The notes beneath the pieces are model-generated. The model was not told where the DNA came from. It made no database searches and worked only from the letters and a program-made list of their open reading frames with translations. From Macrostomum lignano (taxonomy: Eukaryota), in NCBI GenBank assembly GCA_002269645.1, contig NIVC01000150.1, forward strand, positions 372,001 through 436,000: a DNA stretch of 64,000 bases, in the 5' to 3' direction. A program made the position numbers and the translations under genes. Positions within the stretch are counted from its first letter, which is position 1; every line of letters starts with the position of its first letter. Positions 62,803 to 64,000 of this stretch are shown in pieces.

Positions 62803-64000
62803 TTTTTACTTATTAATTCCTCTTATGCATGCATGAGAGCTTAAGCCAAGTTATGGCTTTTTGCTTGGGCATGAAGAAATTGTTCATTTGCCAACGATAG
62901 AGAGAATTCTAAAGCAACTGATCTCGTACCATAGAGATGAAAAGGACAAGGAGGTAAATGCTCATGTTTGCATAATAATTCTATATTGTATTGCATTCAT
63001 GTACAAGCGAGCCGGTTACGAAGCTTTGTATGTCTTTCCGGTTTATTGATTTATTTATCAATATCATAATGACATTTACTAGTAGGTAGCCAGCTTCACA
63101 AAAGTTTTGAGGCGAGAGGGCGAAAGCAATGGTGAGAAAAGCCTGGCAGAGCCAATCAGCTCCGAGCAAACAGGCTTGAGCCAGAGCTACTAGCAAGAAC
63201 AACACGTACAAATACAAGGCTAAGATATGAGACGCAGTATAAAGCACGAACAAGCATGTGGTAGAAATTGAAAAAGTGCAGAACACCGTCCGTTAGGCGC
63301 AGGACGCAAAGCTCTAGAGAACGCATAGCGCTGAATGGGGTTTTGCCATAGACAAATTCTGTCGAGAGAAAATCCGCGCTAGATAAATCCCATTTCTCGA
63401 AAGCATGCTCAATGGACCAGCGATATGATAAACATGTATATACATGTACATGTGTAACCGACCTTCCCAGCTCATTTCTAGAAAAATAAACTGCAAGTGT
63501 ATAGCGTTTTAATTCAAGGTGCCCATGGATTTTAGCTTCAGAAGTCCAGATTTGTACACCATACATTTGCATGTCTGTAGCTGTCCTAAATCTTCCCCAA
63601 GCACTCCAAACCGTTACGCCCCGATCGACCTCGCTCTACACTATAATTTAATCCCTTATGCTAAAAAAATGTGGACCACAAATGCCTGCAAGTAGTTTTT
63701 GACCTATTCAAAATCCGAGAAGAGACAGAAGCATAAGCGCATATATCCTGAAGTAGTTGCGGCCGGGCGACACGATCAAGGCTGACTTAAAGTGTCTTTA
63801 ATACATGTAAGTTGTAATGCTGGGCAGAGGATGTAAATGTAGTAAACACGAATTAAAATAATGGACTGACCTCCGGTTAGGCTACGTCAATCAGGCGCTC
63901 TAGGAGTGTCATCAATTGCAAATTGGAAAAGTGCATAAGAAACAAATATGCAGGATTAGCAACAGAATTAAAGTGCATGTTCATTAGTAGTGACTTGCAT

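Noticed and set aside
63156-63572. SYRWSIEHAF resembling an IS4/Harbinger R..IE..F catalytic motif
   Set aside because: The YREK spacing is wrong, there is no downstream LK..F/W, and no other DDE motifs are present nearby.

Overview
Eukaryotic (metazoan) genomic DNA. GC-rich, poly-Q/poly-A-rich exons, GT-AG introns packed with minisatellites and (GACA)n/(TCAG)n tracts suggest a free-living flatworm such as Macrostomum; this is an inference from composition only. About 20 kb of the 64 kb is tandem repeat, and most ORF-track hits are artefacts of those arrays or antisense shadows of GC-rich exons. Genes reconstructed by hand with in-phase splice sites: a multi-C2H2 zinc-finger locus carrying a twice-repeated extended finger domain (-, 5090-12368), a 132-aa four-TM protein missed by the ORF track (-, 16752-19001), cytochrome b561 (-, 25664-28988), a GALNT1/13-like GalNAc-transferase (-, 39193-42869) and a compact two-TDU-motif VGLL4/Tgi-like gene (-, 44850-45424). 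Single-exon genes: a 751-aa low-complexity protein (-, 20316-22571), a dynein-light-chain-domain gene (+, 43995-44537) and two tandem paralogues (-, 57757-60198 and 61498-62802). The paralogues share an unrecognised 54-aa N-terminal domain and a C-terminal FxPxxCGxW motif around Gly/Gln-rich disordered cores, and are the best candidate for an undescribed family. Mobile DNA: a decayed MULE transposase, three TIR elements with 8-bp TSDs, two tRNA-derived SINEs and a solo LTR. No CRISPR array, rRNA or convincing intact tRNA was seen.
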